A stretch of 64,000 bases of DNA from Octopus sinensis (taxonomy: Eukaryota): the NCBI RefSeq assembly GCF_006345805.1, contig NC_043008.1, forward strand, positions 65,162,001 through 65,226,000. Reading direction: 5' to 3'. A program made the position numbers and the translations under genes. Below, piece after piece: positions 37,893 through 51,361 of the stretch; position 1 is the first letter of the stretch; each line of letters begins with the position of its first letter. The notes beneath the pieces are model-generated. The model was not told the origin of the DNA and made no database searches. It saw only the letters and a program-made list of their open reading frames with translations.

Positions 37893-39205
37893 GATTAATT
37901 TCTGTTCACGGCGCAAACGGGAATCTGGATGACCTCTGTGCAAGGACAATCCGAACACTTACAGGTGTTGCAAGGAGTGACCGGTGGAGCGGAAATGGCG
38001 TGAGACCGGTATGTCGTTGGCAAGGCGGATGTCACGAAGGTGTTCCGCGAACCGGTCAGCCGAGCGGCGTCCCGTTTGTCCGATGTACGTGGAATGGCAG
38101 AGAGAGCAGGAGATGCAATAGATGATATTGCTGGAGGTGCAGGTGAAGGAGTTGATGATGCGATAGGGTCTATGATGGGTGCCAGTGAGGAGGGTGGTGT
38201 TGGAGAGGTAAGGGCAAGTGCGGCAACGTGGGCGGGAGCAGGGGAACGAGCCAGTTTGGGAGGTAGGGTCAGGGAAGGAGCTGTGGACCAAAAGGTCTCA
38301 TAGGTTATGGACTCGTTTAAAGGAGGGGAGGGGTCGGTTAAGGAAGAGGTGTGAAGTGTACGGGTCGGACTGGAGATACCGGAAAGCTCGAAGAATGGTG
38401 CGTTAGAGCCAACGAACAGGTTCGCATAGTTGGGGCCCATTCGCGTTCCCATGGCCACTCCCGAGACAGTTGGTAGAACTCGCCCGCGAACGAGAAGCAG
38501 TTAAGAGAAAGGACAAGTTCGGCCAGACGAATGAGAGTGGAGGTGTCGGGTTCGGGGTTGGGGCGGAGGTCGAGAAAGTGTTGAGGTGCCCGCAGTCCTT
38601 CGTGGTGAGGGATGACGGTATAGAGGCTCTGGATGTCCATTGTAAAATGTATTTTGGGGGAGCCGGGAGGAAAGGAAAAAGAGTTGAAAAGCCGGAGAGC
38701 AAGGTCGGTGTCGTGGATGTTGGAGGGAAGAGACGCCACTAGAGGGGCAAGGACACGGTCGAGGTATTTTGAGATGAGCTCCGTGGGGTAGTTACAGGCG
38801 GAGACGATGGGGCGGCCAGGGTTGTTGGGTTTGTGGATTTGGGGGAGGAAGTAAATGGTGGGGGTACGTGGGGTTCGCACGATGAGGTTGGATGCAGTGT
38901 GAGGGAGACGGGAGGACGAGATGAGGTCGTGGACAATAGAGGATACCGTCTGTTGGTAGCTACGCGTGGGGTTAGAGGACAGAAGGGAGTAGAAGGAGGT
39001 GTCATTGAGTTGGCGGGGCGCCTCGGGCCTGTAGAGGTCGGCGTCCCACACCACAACAGCTCCACCTTTGTCAGCCGGTTTGATGATAATGTCAGCGCGC
39101 CGTTGGAGGGAACGAAGAGCTGAGAGCTCGGGCGGGGAGATGTTGAGGCGGCGGTGGCGCCTGGAAAAGTTGAACCGCTCCAACGCACGCTGACAGGTGT
39201 CTATT
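37893..39205 (-). mobile_element. Penelope-like element (probably Neptune-type), truncated at both ends and internally deleted
   Basis: RT part: IIIKPADKGGAVVV, YFLPQIHK..NPGRPIVS, DIQSLYTVIPH..GL, FYQ, AMGTRMGPNYANLFVG. EN part: CSRPRCRTC linker, FTCTSSNIIYCISCSLCHSTYIGQTGRR..RFAEH, DIPVSRHF, RRREQ. Confidence 0.93.
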
Positions 39206-39254
39206 CAATATACTGTTGGCAAAGTACCCAGATTCTTAATACATATATGTTTTT

Positions 39255-40055
39255 AATTGCAATGGAAATTTTGACCTCAAAGACGCACCTCGTTCAGGCC
39301 GCCCATTTGAGTCGATGAAGAACGATTAAACCAACTTTTGAAAGAAAATTCTCGTCAAGCGACAAGGTAACTGGCAGAGAAAATGGAATGCACCCACACT
39401 GCTTTAGAGGAGCATCTTAACTGGATGGGAAAGGTTCAGAAGTATGGAGCATGGATTCCGCATGCTTTAAATGACAACAACAACAAAAATCAACGAACCA
39501 CAATCTCCGCTGGTTTGCTTGCTCGTGACCGCTCAACCCATGGACACAAGCAACGATTTCTTTACCGAATACTTACTGGCGACGAAAAATGGTACCTGTA
39601 CATCAATATGAAGCAGCATAAGGAATGGCTTTGCCCCGATAAACAAGCGACACTGCGCGTGAAACAAGATCTTCATCCGCGTAATACGATGTTATGAGTA
39701 TGGTTCTACTGGGAAGGGATTATCCATTATGAATTACTTGAACGAAACCAAACGGTCAACGTGGAAGTCTATGTTGAACAGATGGAACCACTCAACACTG
39801 CTATTCAAGAGAAAAGACCTAATCAGGAGAATGGAGTTTCTTCTACTGCACGACAACGCCCTCCCGCTAATATGACCAAGGAAGCCTTTCAAACGCATGG
39901 CTTGAAAGTGCTGCCACACCCGCCGTACTCTCCTGATTTGGCACCAACGAATTTCTACATCTCTTTCAAATGCTATGCGTGGAGTTTCGTTCAATACTGA
40001 TGCAGAATTGAGAGCTTGGTTGGATCAATTTTTCGAGTCGAAATCGAATGATTTC
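39255..40055 (+). pseudogene. Mariner (DD34D-type) transposase remnant, truncated at both ends
   Basis: DAPRSGRP, GAWIPHAL (WVPHEL homolog), RILTGDEKW, HPPYSPDLAPTNF, FFESKS. Multiple frameshifts and stops. Confidence 0.9.
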
Positions 40056-40059
40056 ACTT

Positions 40060-41300
40060 TCCATAAAATTCCATTGTGAAACGTTGATTTTTTTCAGGTC
40101 AGTTGAATGTTTTCATAACTTTTTGTATCATTAATGTTTTCTTTCATATTTGTTTGGAGAGCTTGTTCTCTAAAAATGGAGTGAGTCACTGGTTCCTCTC
40201 TGTCATTCCATAACGTCGGAAGGGATTTTCCCGGTTGTTATACCATTTACTTTGATATTTTCGTCTGTCTTTAGGATTGTTGTGTTTTAAGACGTTTGTT
40301 GGTTTACGTTTGATCATGTGTATTCTTATCGGTGTTACTTTATTTTTTCGTTTGTTTTTCCAATGTTGACGTTAGCAATTTTTTTGATTTTGGGGGCTTC
40401 GTTTATGAAATGAATAAGTAGGAGTTGTTACACTTTGGTTATTTGTCTGTCTGATGGGGAATTTGATATGGACGGGGTTATGTTTCTTCTTATTGTTGCT
40501 ATTGTAAAAATAGTTTGTCTCTTCATGAATCTGTGTTTTATTATTAGTTCTCATGAATTCTATTCCGTAACTATGTTCGTAGTCTTGCAGCCGTCGAGTT
40601 TACGACTCGAGTATTTTATTTAACTTGGCTTCTTGTATCTCTATGTCTTTTTGCCATAAGTCCTGTAGTTTTTCACGTAATTTTCTGTAGGTTTCTTTAG
40701 AGATTTCTAATTTCTCATTAAAGCGAGGCGTGCGAAGTTTTAGAATGTTAATCTCCGCTTCGAATCTTTGGTGTGCAATATTTGTTCTGATTTTCGTTTC
40801 TTCATTTGTTTCTGATGTGATATTCTTGGGATAGAATTTTCGTGGGAAAATCACTGGTTCTCTGTTTATCCACTGTGTTTGTGTTTGTTACATTTTTATT
40901 TCTAATTGATTTCCAATATGCTTCTTTTCTTTGATTTAATAACTTATTCCAGATCTTTCTCATCTGCTTTTTCTTGAATGCTTTATTCTCAAAATGAATT
41001 TCGCTCCGTTCATTAAAGATGTCTTATGTATTGGACTATTTTGTTGTTGGTAGAGTAATAGACGTTATTTTTAGAGTTTCGGTAGTGAGTTTTGCTGTTA
41101 GCAGAGTTTCTATTTTTCTCTGTAAATGTGAGTTTTTTTCTTCCATTTCCCGAAACACAGACGTGATTGAGTCATATTTGTTTCTGAGCATTGCTAGATT
41201 GTTCGAGATTTCTGCCAAAATTCTGTCACTTGAGTTTAAATTTGTTGTTGATTTCGATCTGGTCAATTCCATCCTGGTCGTTTATCAGTTGTTTAAATAT
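40060..41300 (-). pseudogene. Probable decayed ORF1 (coiled-coil) region of a non-LTR retrotransposon
   Basis: Consecutive charged, heptad-like ORFs (RILAEISNNLAMLRNKYDSITSVFREMEEK; IFPRKFYPKNITSETNEETKIRTNIAHQRFEAEINILKLR). A QWN-like triplet near 40065-40075 sits where an APE endonuclease would start. Family assignment is inferred. Confidence 0.4.
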
Positions 41301-42061
41301 TGAAATATTGGAAGTCTAAGTATTCATGTATGTATATGTATATGCATATCATGGAAGCCAATAAAGTAGAATTCTCGGATATTCATTTTACTTAACATTC
41401 ACATAGTTTTAAGAAGTATCTATGATAACGTAGGACACTATATACTAGATTTTCCACCACAATTCCTGGTTTTATTACTAAACACATTTTTATGATTTCG
41501 TATTAAATCATTACGTATTAAATCATTTCATCTCCTTCATAATAATTATGAATGTTAGTATGTTTCTTCGACACAGTCGAGAATAGATGACCGATGATGC
41601 ATTCTTGTGAATATTTCGGATAAATGTCACCAGAATAGATGTGAGTAATAGCAGAGCGTACTTTGATAATAGTACATATTAACGGAAATTCTAAACGAAG
41701 CACTACCATATTTTGTAAAAACAAAAATACCAAGGGAAAACCGCACGTTTGTGGGAAAATTTGAGGCTTTCAATACAAATTCCAGCCCCTCAAATGTTAA
41801 AATGATATGCAGTTCTTTTCTCATTATTTTCCTGATATTCATGAAATTATGTAATATTTCTTCATTTTCATTTCATATACATTATATGATATGATATTAT
41901 ATTATATTACAGTTTTAAGAATATATTATTTTACATTATATTATACGCATATACATTCAGATATATATACATATAACAATACACTGTTGCTATACACAGC
42001 CAATCTGAATGTAGACATGTCTACTTACTGGTACTTAAATTATTAGTTTTATAACGATACC

Positions 42062-42330
42062 TGAAGGTGTATGTCTCAGTGGTTAAAGCGTCGGGCTACA
42101 ATTATGAGGTAGTGAGTTCGATTCGCACACCATACTGTGTGTTGTGTTCTTAAACAAAACACTTTATTTCACGTTGCAAATCTGTATCAGCCTTTTCCTT
42201 TCCTTTCAATAACATTGGTGGCGTGGTGAGGAGAGGCTGGTATGTATGGGCGACTGCTGGTCATCCTCGGATGGGAACTTTCTAGGTGCAATACCATGGC
42301 CCTTCATGACTGAATGGGGTCTTTAACCAT
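42062..42330 (+). mobile_element. tRNA-derived SINE family D, diverged
   Basis: CTCAGTGGTTAAAGCGTCGG..GAGTTCGATTC..GTTGTGTTCTTAAACAAAACACTTTATTTCACGTTGC; the head and centre are shared with 54745-55064. Confidence 0.7.
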
Positions 42331-42479
42331 ACCTACATTTGGAATATGTCTATGTGCTTACATTTTTATACAATTACAATATATCTGTATAGATACATAC
42401 ATACATGCTCCGGCATAATGCCAGTAGGTAAGTATATTGAATATTTAAATGCATACAAGCAAGGAACTAAAATCGGAAA

Positions 42480-42800
42480 GTAAAGGCCAAGTTAGTGGAT
42501 GCTTGTGAGACAGATATTCAGAATGTTTGGGGTTGTGGTAGATAAATATATCAACGTAGATACGTAGATATGTAGCGTAAAAAAACCTTTACTTTTGCGT
42601 AATAATGTGAAAATAGGGAACTGATTTATGGTTATATCTATGTTTGGATGAGTCCATAATGTGTTCATATTTATAACCATAGAATTAAATATTTTCAGAG
42701 TCTTTGGTTTTTCTGTATAAGATGAATGGAAAATGTCTTGTGTGTGTTTTAAAATATTTTTTTTAAAGTTCGACGTAAATGAAAATATATAAAGGACCAA
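42480..42800 (-). pseudogene. Possible highly decayed PLE RT palm/thumb fragment
   Basis: TQDIF...WTHPNIDIT...FPIF resembles 'YIDDIF...HP.IKFT...LPFLD'. Another frame gives IFIYHNPKHSEYLSHKHP, resembling 'VY.KPT....YL...S.HP'. The sequence is very AT-rich, so a chance match is possible. Confidence 0.3.
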
Positions 42801-44435
42801 TGTATAAATGAGCGCGAAAATGTATTATAAAAAAAGTTATAAATTTAGTAGAAGCCTGAATAATATATTTCATGTAAGACGTGAAGTGTATAGACCAGAT
42901 ATATAGATTAATAAAATATAATAATAAAATATATCAAGTAATATCTAAAGTATAAGATAAAAGAATGAGAAGGGGATTTTAAGATATAGATATAAAAAAA
43001 TAATAAATTTAAAGAATGGGATGTGAAAGGTTAGTGTGAAATAGTTGAAATAAGAAATAACCTACAATGAAAATAATACAAAAGTAATGTAGTTGGTGAT
43101 AAATTATGGAAATCTAAGGAATTTTTGGAAATGGTTAAATGATATGCATTGTAAATGATGAATGATATACAGTAAATGATAAATGGTAAATGATAAATGG
43201 TAATTCTTAAAAGCCAGAAATAATGATGGGAAATAGAAATGAAAATAAATAAAACTATTAAACTAAGATTAGAACTGAAAGAAATGATAAGGGGGAATTT
43301 AAAAATAAACGCTATATACTGTAATGGAGTGTGTATCCCTAAGCGAATAATAAGAATAGTTAGTGGTGAATACAGATAATCAATAAAAATAAACAAAATA
43401 AGAAATACTTAAGTGTATGAACAAATAAGTAATAAATAATAAATTAAGTGAAGTGTATACAAATAAACAATATATCACCTCCCTGTATGTATATACACAT
43501 AAAAATATCCAAAATTTAAGAGGTTGGTCAACATTGATTATTATGATGGTATAAAAATACGTATGTAATAATGAAGTGTTTGACAATGAAATATGGATAG
43601 ATGTATGGTAAATATATACTGAAGTTATTCTAATATGAAATTTCAAATAAAGGGAAAATATACCTAAGAAATAGCTGAACTTCTTTGGTATATATTATTT
43701 TGAAAATATATAAGGTATATTGTTTTGAAGGATTTATGTTAGAAATGAATAAAGTATGTTAAAAATCTATTTGAGTAAGTTTATTTTAGGGATAATAGTT
43801 TAAAATTATTACGACTGACAAAAGGCTTTGTAAAATTTAGGATTTTTACATGGCCTGGTTAATGTTTAGCACAGATAAAAATTTCCTTTAAAAAATAACT
43901 AAACAAAAAGTGAGTTAGGAAATAAAGTATGTACGTTGGATCGCATAAGAAGCAGCTTCGTTTTAAATCTACGAATGAGGAAGAACTAGGATTCATAAAT
44001 TTAATAAACTAATTTTTTAGCATTTCTGTCCATATACTTTAATTCTGCAATCCATTCTCTAGTTTTGCGCTATTGAGAAGGGTTTTGAAAAGGGATGAAA
44101 ATAAGGACACTTTTTCATCTAATAATTTCTTGTCTTGCCCCAAATCGCATATCTAAATCCGATCGAATCGATCCGTGCCCCAGCTAACGCTAAAAGTAAT
44201 TCGAACCCTAGCTTTCATATGTTTTAACATATATTTTCAACACCTTCCTCACAATTATATTTGCCAGGCCAGGTTCTTTTGTGTGTTTGCTAAAAATAGG
44301 TAGAAACCGTTCGGTCTGGGATATAGCTGAGAAGGTAAATGTTTTTAATTTTCAATCCTTTCATGAATTTATCTCTTTTTGTGTTTCTAGCACTATGCTT
44401 CTTCATTTGGAAGCCTTTTATTATACATATATATA

Positions 44436-44512
<77 letters not shown>

Positions 44513-45200
44513 ACAGCTTATTTAAATTCGATTCTTCCGCATCATTTTCTTTTTAATTATTTATTCGTACATCACCCCATTATCTCTTCATAATTCCCCC
44601 TCTTTATTTACTTTGCTTACCCTCCTCTCTTGATTGACTCTATATATTTTTCTTTCAGAATTATCTATTTTTCTTTCCCAATCGACTAATTTTCTGCTTG
44701 TCTCTTTTCTCAATTTCTCATGCTTCAATTGTGCATCTCTAGAACTCTAGTTCGGCCCTTAGCGATTTTACATTGCATAAGATATAATTGTTCGCCCCAC
44801 CCTAACTTGAATTCTTGTTTCTACGCTAATAATACCTTTCGATAATGATTAGCAGTTAAAAATCCCGTAAGGTTTTGTATGCAGAACTCAAATGCTCCGC
44901 GGCTTTGTGTATACATAGAACGTAAAGTTACTTCGACATGCGTCGGCGATTAACCTTATTGGAAACGCAGTGTCACTCGAATGCAATAGTTTGCATAAAC
45001 ATTATTAAATTCTGAATAATATATACCTATGTGTGTATGTGTGTGTCTCTAGAACATGTGTACATACTTATATGTATACATATATGTGTGTGTGTGTGTA
45101 TGTAGATATATGTAGATATTTATATTTATAACTATATATGTATATACATATAAAAGCGTATGTTTATGTATATATACATAAACATACGCATACACGTATA

Positions 45201-45239
<39 letters not shown>

Positions 45240-45384
45240 ATGGTATTATTAAAACACCATCACAAGTGGTAAACGAAATATCAGCCGTGCAGGTAAATTT
45301 ATAAAATATATACATCCATTATTAGATATGTACATAAATACACAAGGATAATAAATGAGTACCTATATCGCTAATGATAGAAGT

Positions 45385-45441
<57 letters not shown>

Positions 45442-46019
45442 GTCCATCTATCTGTCAATCTATCTTTATCTTGTATATTTTATTTGCTTCAATCATTTGA
45501 CTTCAGTCAACAGACAATAATGTCAGCGATCAAAAATTCCTGTGTGTGTGTGCGCGTGCGTACGTGCGCGCGCGTGTGTGTACGTGAGTGTGCATGCTTG
45601 CGTGTATGTATTTATGCATGTGCATGCATAGAATAAGAGGTTATTCAGGCATAAAAATAGGTAGATCACATTGTGCCATATATATATATATATATTTCAA
45701 CATAAGGATAGCTCATACTAGGCTTATACAGTTGCAGTTGAAGTATGACTATAATAAGAATGGTGTATGTTGGTATTCTCCCGGAACAGATAAACGGTAA
45801 ATCCGAATTATTGGCATTAAGCTGAATGCAAATCTATTTGAGAAGAAGTAGGGAAATTAGATGGTGTGCAGGTCGTCTCTCACAGAATTTCGAAGAAGAG
45901 ATGCGCAGATGGTGAATTTCACTGCAAATGTTTGGCAACCAGCATCCTTGCCTCAATTTATTTCATATATATAAATATATATTTATTTATTTATATATAT
46001 CTTTATATATTTATTTATT

Positions 46020-46100
<81 letters not shown>

Positions 46101-47224
46101 GTGTGTGTGTGTGTATAAATATATATAAACACATACATGTATGCATATAAATAGCCGTGTGTACGTGTGTAATTATGTATGTACAAAGACAGAGATACAC
46201 GGTCACTCGGAAACTTATGTTGATAGTTTTGAATAGAAAGAAAGGCGAGTCATACTGACGGATAGATATGAAGAGTTATAGTTTTCTGAAAATAATCTCT
46301 GCTTTCTTATGTCCATCTTTCTGTTATTTCTTAATCCTTTTTTAATATTTCAGTTGTTACATCCCAATTTACTGACAAATCTATTGATCTCGAGTGAACA
46401 TCGTTTCATTGAATTAATTAGACAAAGAACTGTTAACTCAACTTCGATGCAACCATTGTTGGGCAAAATAATAGCAGTTTAAAGGTTTCACATCATTTCT
46501 CACGATTTCAAATGAATTTTCGCAGTTTTATTACTTCTGGAACCATGTTATCTCTTTTCTGCCTTCTCCCTCTCTCTTTCTCTCCCCATCTCCTCCGCCG
46601 ACATCATTTCTTCTCCGATACTTTCCTTTTATAATTATATTTAGCACAGCTCTTAGTGCTTGCATTATCATTATTATTGTTTTTATATTTATGATTCGTG
46701 GTATAAGAAATACATACAAAACACTACGAATTAGTTACTACTCGGATACAGAAACAGAAGATTAACAAGTGATATGTGAAACTCCCCTGCCTCTGTTTAA
46801 ATCATAGTATTGTTATTTACTGGATTATTCCAATGTCTATAAGTACATGTATTCGATCAATGGTTTTTCACAACTGGTTGTACAAAGTTCTATTTCAGCA
46901 TATTACAAATTCCATGCTGCGTAAATTTCGCTGCTGTAATGGTTGTAATTCACAACATTACTGTGTAATAACATTTTAATTCGGTATAAACAGAGAACTG
47001 GCAGAATCGTTAATATATCTAGCAAAAGGATTGCCGTTATTTCTTACATTTCAGCCTAAATGCTGCCGCCGATGGCTTTGCCTCTTATCCAAGAGGTAAA
47101 TACGAAGCACCTGGGTTAATGTATTCGACACAATCGCTAAACCACAACCCACTAAAAATTGCTAGACACGTGCTAAAATTTAAAACCATTTCAGCTCGCC
47201 TCTTCACATTATTACAGCCATTCA

Positions 47225-47440
47225 ATAATACTTTCAAATTTTGGCACAAGGCTAGCAAGTTCGGAGCAGGGGTCAAGTTGATTACATCACCGCTGTGCTC
47301 AACTGGTACTTATTTTATTGATCCCGAAAATGAAAGGTAAAGTTGGCTTCGGCGGAACTTATACTTATAACATAAAGATGGACATAATGTGGGTAGACAT
47401 CTTGCCTGGCGCGCTAACGATTCTACCAGCTCGCTGCTTT
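47225..47440 (-). mobile_element. SINE family B, diverged
   Basis: GGCACAAGGCTAGCAAG..GATTACATCACC..CAACTGGTACTTATTTT..CTAACGATTCTACCAGCTCGC. Confidence 0.75.
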
Positions 47441-48254
47441 ACAAGAAATCAATATTGCTTTGTTGATCATTCGCACACTAAGGTGGCTAAGTAACCGAAT
47501 CCCTAGATCGTTAGATATATATTGCTTTTCTGTAATCGCTTTGGGTTACAGAGATGCGAATCAAAATCGCACTAAAGACAACTTTTCCTCAGTTCGGAGT
47601 TGTAACTTAAAGCACCAGTTCTATACTAGTCAACTTTTTCTTTTCTTTTCTTTTAAACATACTTTTCTATCTGTCACTTTCTCGTCTTTTGAGAAAGGGA
47701 TGGAATCAGCCGAGTCTACAATCCCAGAACACACCATGTCACATGACGGTAGCTCTACAACACTATCAAGAACTTTAGGTCACATGGTACAGTGCGGCAA
47801 TTCATACATTAAAATCATTTTGACATGGAAAAATGATATCGAGTTTCCTATGTATGTAGGGTATCTGATAGTCTGTCTTGTATCTTCGTAGTAATAATGC
47901 TACATTGTCATTTTCTTAAATAAATGAAAATTACTATAAATTTCATTCAGCTTTTTCCTCCAAGAGATTCACGGACCCCTGTATGTGAATCATCACAGTA
48001 CTTCACCCTGTCTCCATATAATCCGTATTTCTTATAGCTTTTCTCTGGAAAATTCTTGTATCATCTGTAGCAATGTTTTTATTGCATATCTGAAGCGTGC
48101 AACTTCAGCCCATTTATACACCAAGGATGGTTGATTGACTTGGCACAGCATTTGCATGCAACTGCAGTCCGGTTTAAGATGTGCGTAAAAGGCATGTTTC
48201 AGAAAGGAATATTACACGTATGGTGAAGATTCTATTATTATTAATACTGGATAA

Positions 48255-48720
48255 GGCAACAAGCTGGCAGAAGTAAGTACGCTGAACGAAACGCTTAGCA
48301 GTATTTCGCCCGTCGCTACGTTCTGAGTTAAAATTCCGCCGAGATCGATTTTGCCTTTTACCCTTCCGGAGTCGATGAAAAAAGTACCAACTGAGGCGTT
48401 GGGTCAATGCAATCGACTAATCCTCCTCCTCATAAAACATTTCAGTATTTGTGCTTATAGTAGTAAGGATTCTCATTAATGTTGTTTAAGGCAGCGAGCT
48501 GGCAGAATCATTAGCACTACTGGCAACATGCTTAGTGTCATTTCGTCCGTCTTACGTTGTGAGTTCAAATTCCGCCGAGGTCGACTTTGCCCTTCATCCT
48601 TTCAGGGTCGATAAATTAATTACCAGCGAAATACTGAATGGTCTATGTAATTGACTTTTACCCCTCCTCCAAAATTTGAGGTCTTGTACCTTCAGTAGAT
48701 AGGATTATTATTATTGTCTA
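48255..48720 (+). mobile_element. Two tandem SINE family B copies (~48255-48470 and ~48487-48720)
   Basis: Each has a head (AGCTGGCAGAA..TTAG) and GTTACGTT.TGAGTT.AAATTCCGCCGAG.TCGA. Confidence 0.8.
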
Positions 48721-50063
48721 CTAAGTCAATAGAAATAGTAGATAGGGAAATCGTTTTTGCGACCGATTCGGACAAAATGCTTTCTGCTATATTCTAAGGT
48801 ACTTTATATTCTGAGTTCTAATCCAGCAGCCATTGTTTACTTTCGTCTCTCCGAGGTTAATAAAATAAAGTACCAATGACGTATTAGCACCGACTTACAA
48901 CAGCTATCTCATATAGGAGCACTGTATTTCATAATCCGGAAGGACGTGGCCACTTAATACATATGCGGATTTTGCTCACGACTTACTATTTTGTGCAAAA
49001 AAGGTCAAGGCCGACTTTTTGACTACACCTCGTATACATACATACAAACATATATATATGTGTATACATGTATATATATATACATATTTATATATTTAAG
49101 GTGTACATATAAGTTTGTGTGTGTGTGTGTTTGTGTTTATGTGTGTGTGTAGAGAAAGGATAGAGAGAGTGATACATAGATACATACACACATACGTAAT
49201 TCATACATGCATACGTACATATACGCTACACATCCTAGTCGTAAATTACAGTTTCCTTAGAATAGATTGGGAGATAAGTGATCTAAGGAGTCCAGATAAT
49301 AAAAATGCCATAAAATCCTTTACTTCAGTCAGAATATTCAGAAAGTCAGAAAGACAAAAGATGATACTGATATGAACCAACAGCGGCGTAAACCAAGTAA
49401 AAGACTATGTCAAAGTAACTTTAGTGGATCTGAAAGATATTGTATTTTTCGGCATACAAGGTGACGCTTTTAGATCAAAATTATCAGCCAAAAGTTGTCG
49501 GTCGATCTATAGAAGGAAACAGTTTTGGAAGATGAGAAATTACAAGCGAAATACAGGAGGATATTGAAAATTTTGAACTATATGTTTACACTATGTATTA
49601 CGTCGACATGTGTGCGGGAAAGGATGGTGCTTGAAAATTTACGAAACTTGGCAGATTATTAAAATAAGACGAAATTCAAAATATTTAGATATATGCTGAG
49701 CAGCCAATAACGTACAGGCTTGAACTTGATTACAATAAGACAGCTACTTTAGGTAAGATTTAAACAACAGAAATGTACATTGAGAAAAACAGAAATACTA
49801 TTGTAATACGTAGCCGAAGCCCCAAGAGTTTAAGATTGGCGTTACATACAGATTGTAACACTACGAAATACTGCATGATATAAAATATGGATGTAGCCTA
49901 ACACAGAAAATGCAAAACCAATCTTCTCATACTCTGAAGCTACACTCATTGGGAAACGAAATAAGTCACCCATCTAACACACCACAAACTGAATTATGTA
50001 ATTATTCAAGGCAAGCTTTCGGTTTGAAGATTGATTCTTCATTACGTCACGTATATATATATA

Positions 50064-50290
50064 TATTTCTTTACTACTCACAAGGGGCTAAACACAGAGG
50101 GGACAAACAAGGACAGACAAACGGATTAAGTCGATTACATCGACCTCAGTGCGAAACTGGTACTTAATTCATCGACCCCGAAAGGATGAAAGGCAAAGCT
50201 GACCTCAGCGGAATTTGAACCGAGAACGTAGCGGCAGACGAAATACGGCTACACATTTCGCCCGGCGTGCTAACGTTTCTGCCACCTCGC
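50064..50290 (-). mobile_element. SINE family B, young-looking single-unit copy
   Basis: High similarity to 63600-64000. Confidence 0.88.
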
Positions 50291-51281
50291 ATATATCCAC
50301 ACTAAACCTGAAGAAAACCCACACAAACAAATTTCATGGGCGTTGCGCTTTTTCTCTGAGCAGCGACAAGAAACCTCAACGTTGACAATTGTATCAATAA
50401 CAAGAAATGTAATATCAATGTCACCAAAAACTACAGTAGCGCGGTAATTAAATAAACAGTAATATCAGTGTAAAATAATGATGATATCATTTTTACATGA
50501 TTTTCTCTAAAGAATAGTGTAACCTTAGTAAGATCAATTATTTTTCACTCGTTGAAAATAATTTCTATGAATAGTATCACTGTATAAATGTTGCTTTGGT
50601 AATTCTATACATTACCGGTTTTGCAGCGAGTTTTTAATCCTGAAGGGCCATTTGGATAGATTACATTGTTTCAGTTTCCACCGAATATCCCGTAATGCAT
50701 AGGTGTCGATTTCGACCCCTGAAAGTAAAGAAACATTGATATAGCAATGCACCTTTGACGACCACTTCTCTCCGTCTCCACGACCTTCTTTATCTAATGC
50801 CAGAAAACGTCCCCTACAGACGGCAACAGTTCATAACAAAACAAAGACGAGTGTGAGATGAACTGTTGTTGTTTTTGTTGCTGCCACCGCTGCTGCATCT
50901 GCTGCTTGACCCTAGGAACTATCTAAAAGAAATATGTGATGAAAACTAGGTAAATATTACTATTCTGTTTTTAAAAACATATTTGGGATTTGATCATACA
51001 ATACTTTGTACTTCGCATCGTTAATAACAATAGTGTTTAATTTCATATATTCAGCTACTATTTCAACTTGTTGGATTTGACAATGCAGTGATTCCCACGC
51101 TGAAAGGAAGAATAACACAAAGTGTCATGGTAACGGATGTAATATAAGACCATGTAATATAAGACCCAAACGGGGACTACTAGCCCTTCAACGGTAGTCT
51201 AAATGTTTATTGACAATAATACAATTTTTAGAAATATTGAATTTCTAAATGTCTCAGAGATACATAAGCGGTGGTGAAGCG

Positions 51282-51361
51282 ATATAGTGGTCGTATACTG
51301 TCAACTCAACGTGTCCCTCACGGGACTGTCACATTGAGTTGACAGTATACGACCACTATAT
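51282..51361. repeat. 80-bp palindrome (28-bp perfect arms), mini-MITE-like
   Basis: ATATAGTGGTCGTATACTGTCAACTCAA at 51282-51309 and its exact reverse complement at 51334-51361. Confidence 0.85.

Noticed and set aside
47460-47891. 143-aa ORF
   Set aside because: No motif or compositional signal of a real protein, and I could not support an exon.
50824-50868. 11-bp inverted repeat CAACAGTTCAT/ATGAACTGTTG (a similar 9-bp pair lies near 9168-9220)
   Set aside because: Arms this short are expected by chance in 64 kb of AT-rich DNA, and they are too short for a pre-miRNA stem.
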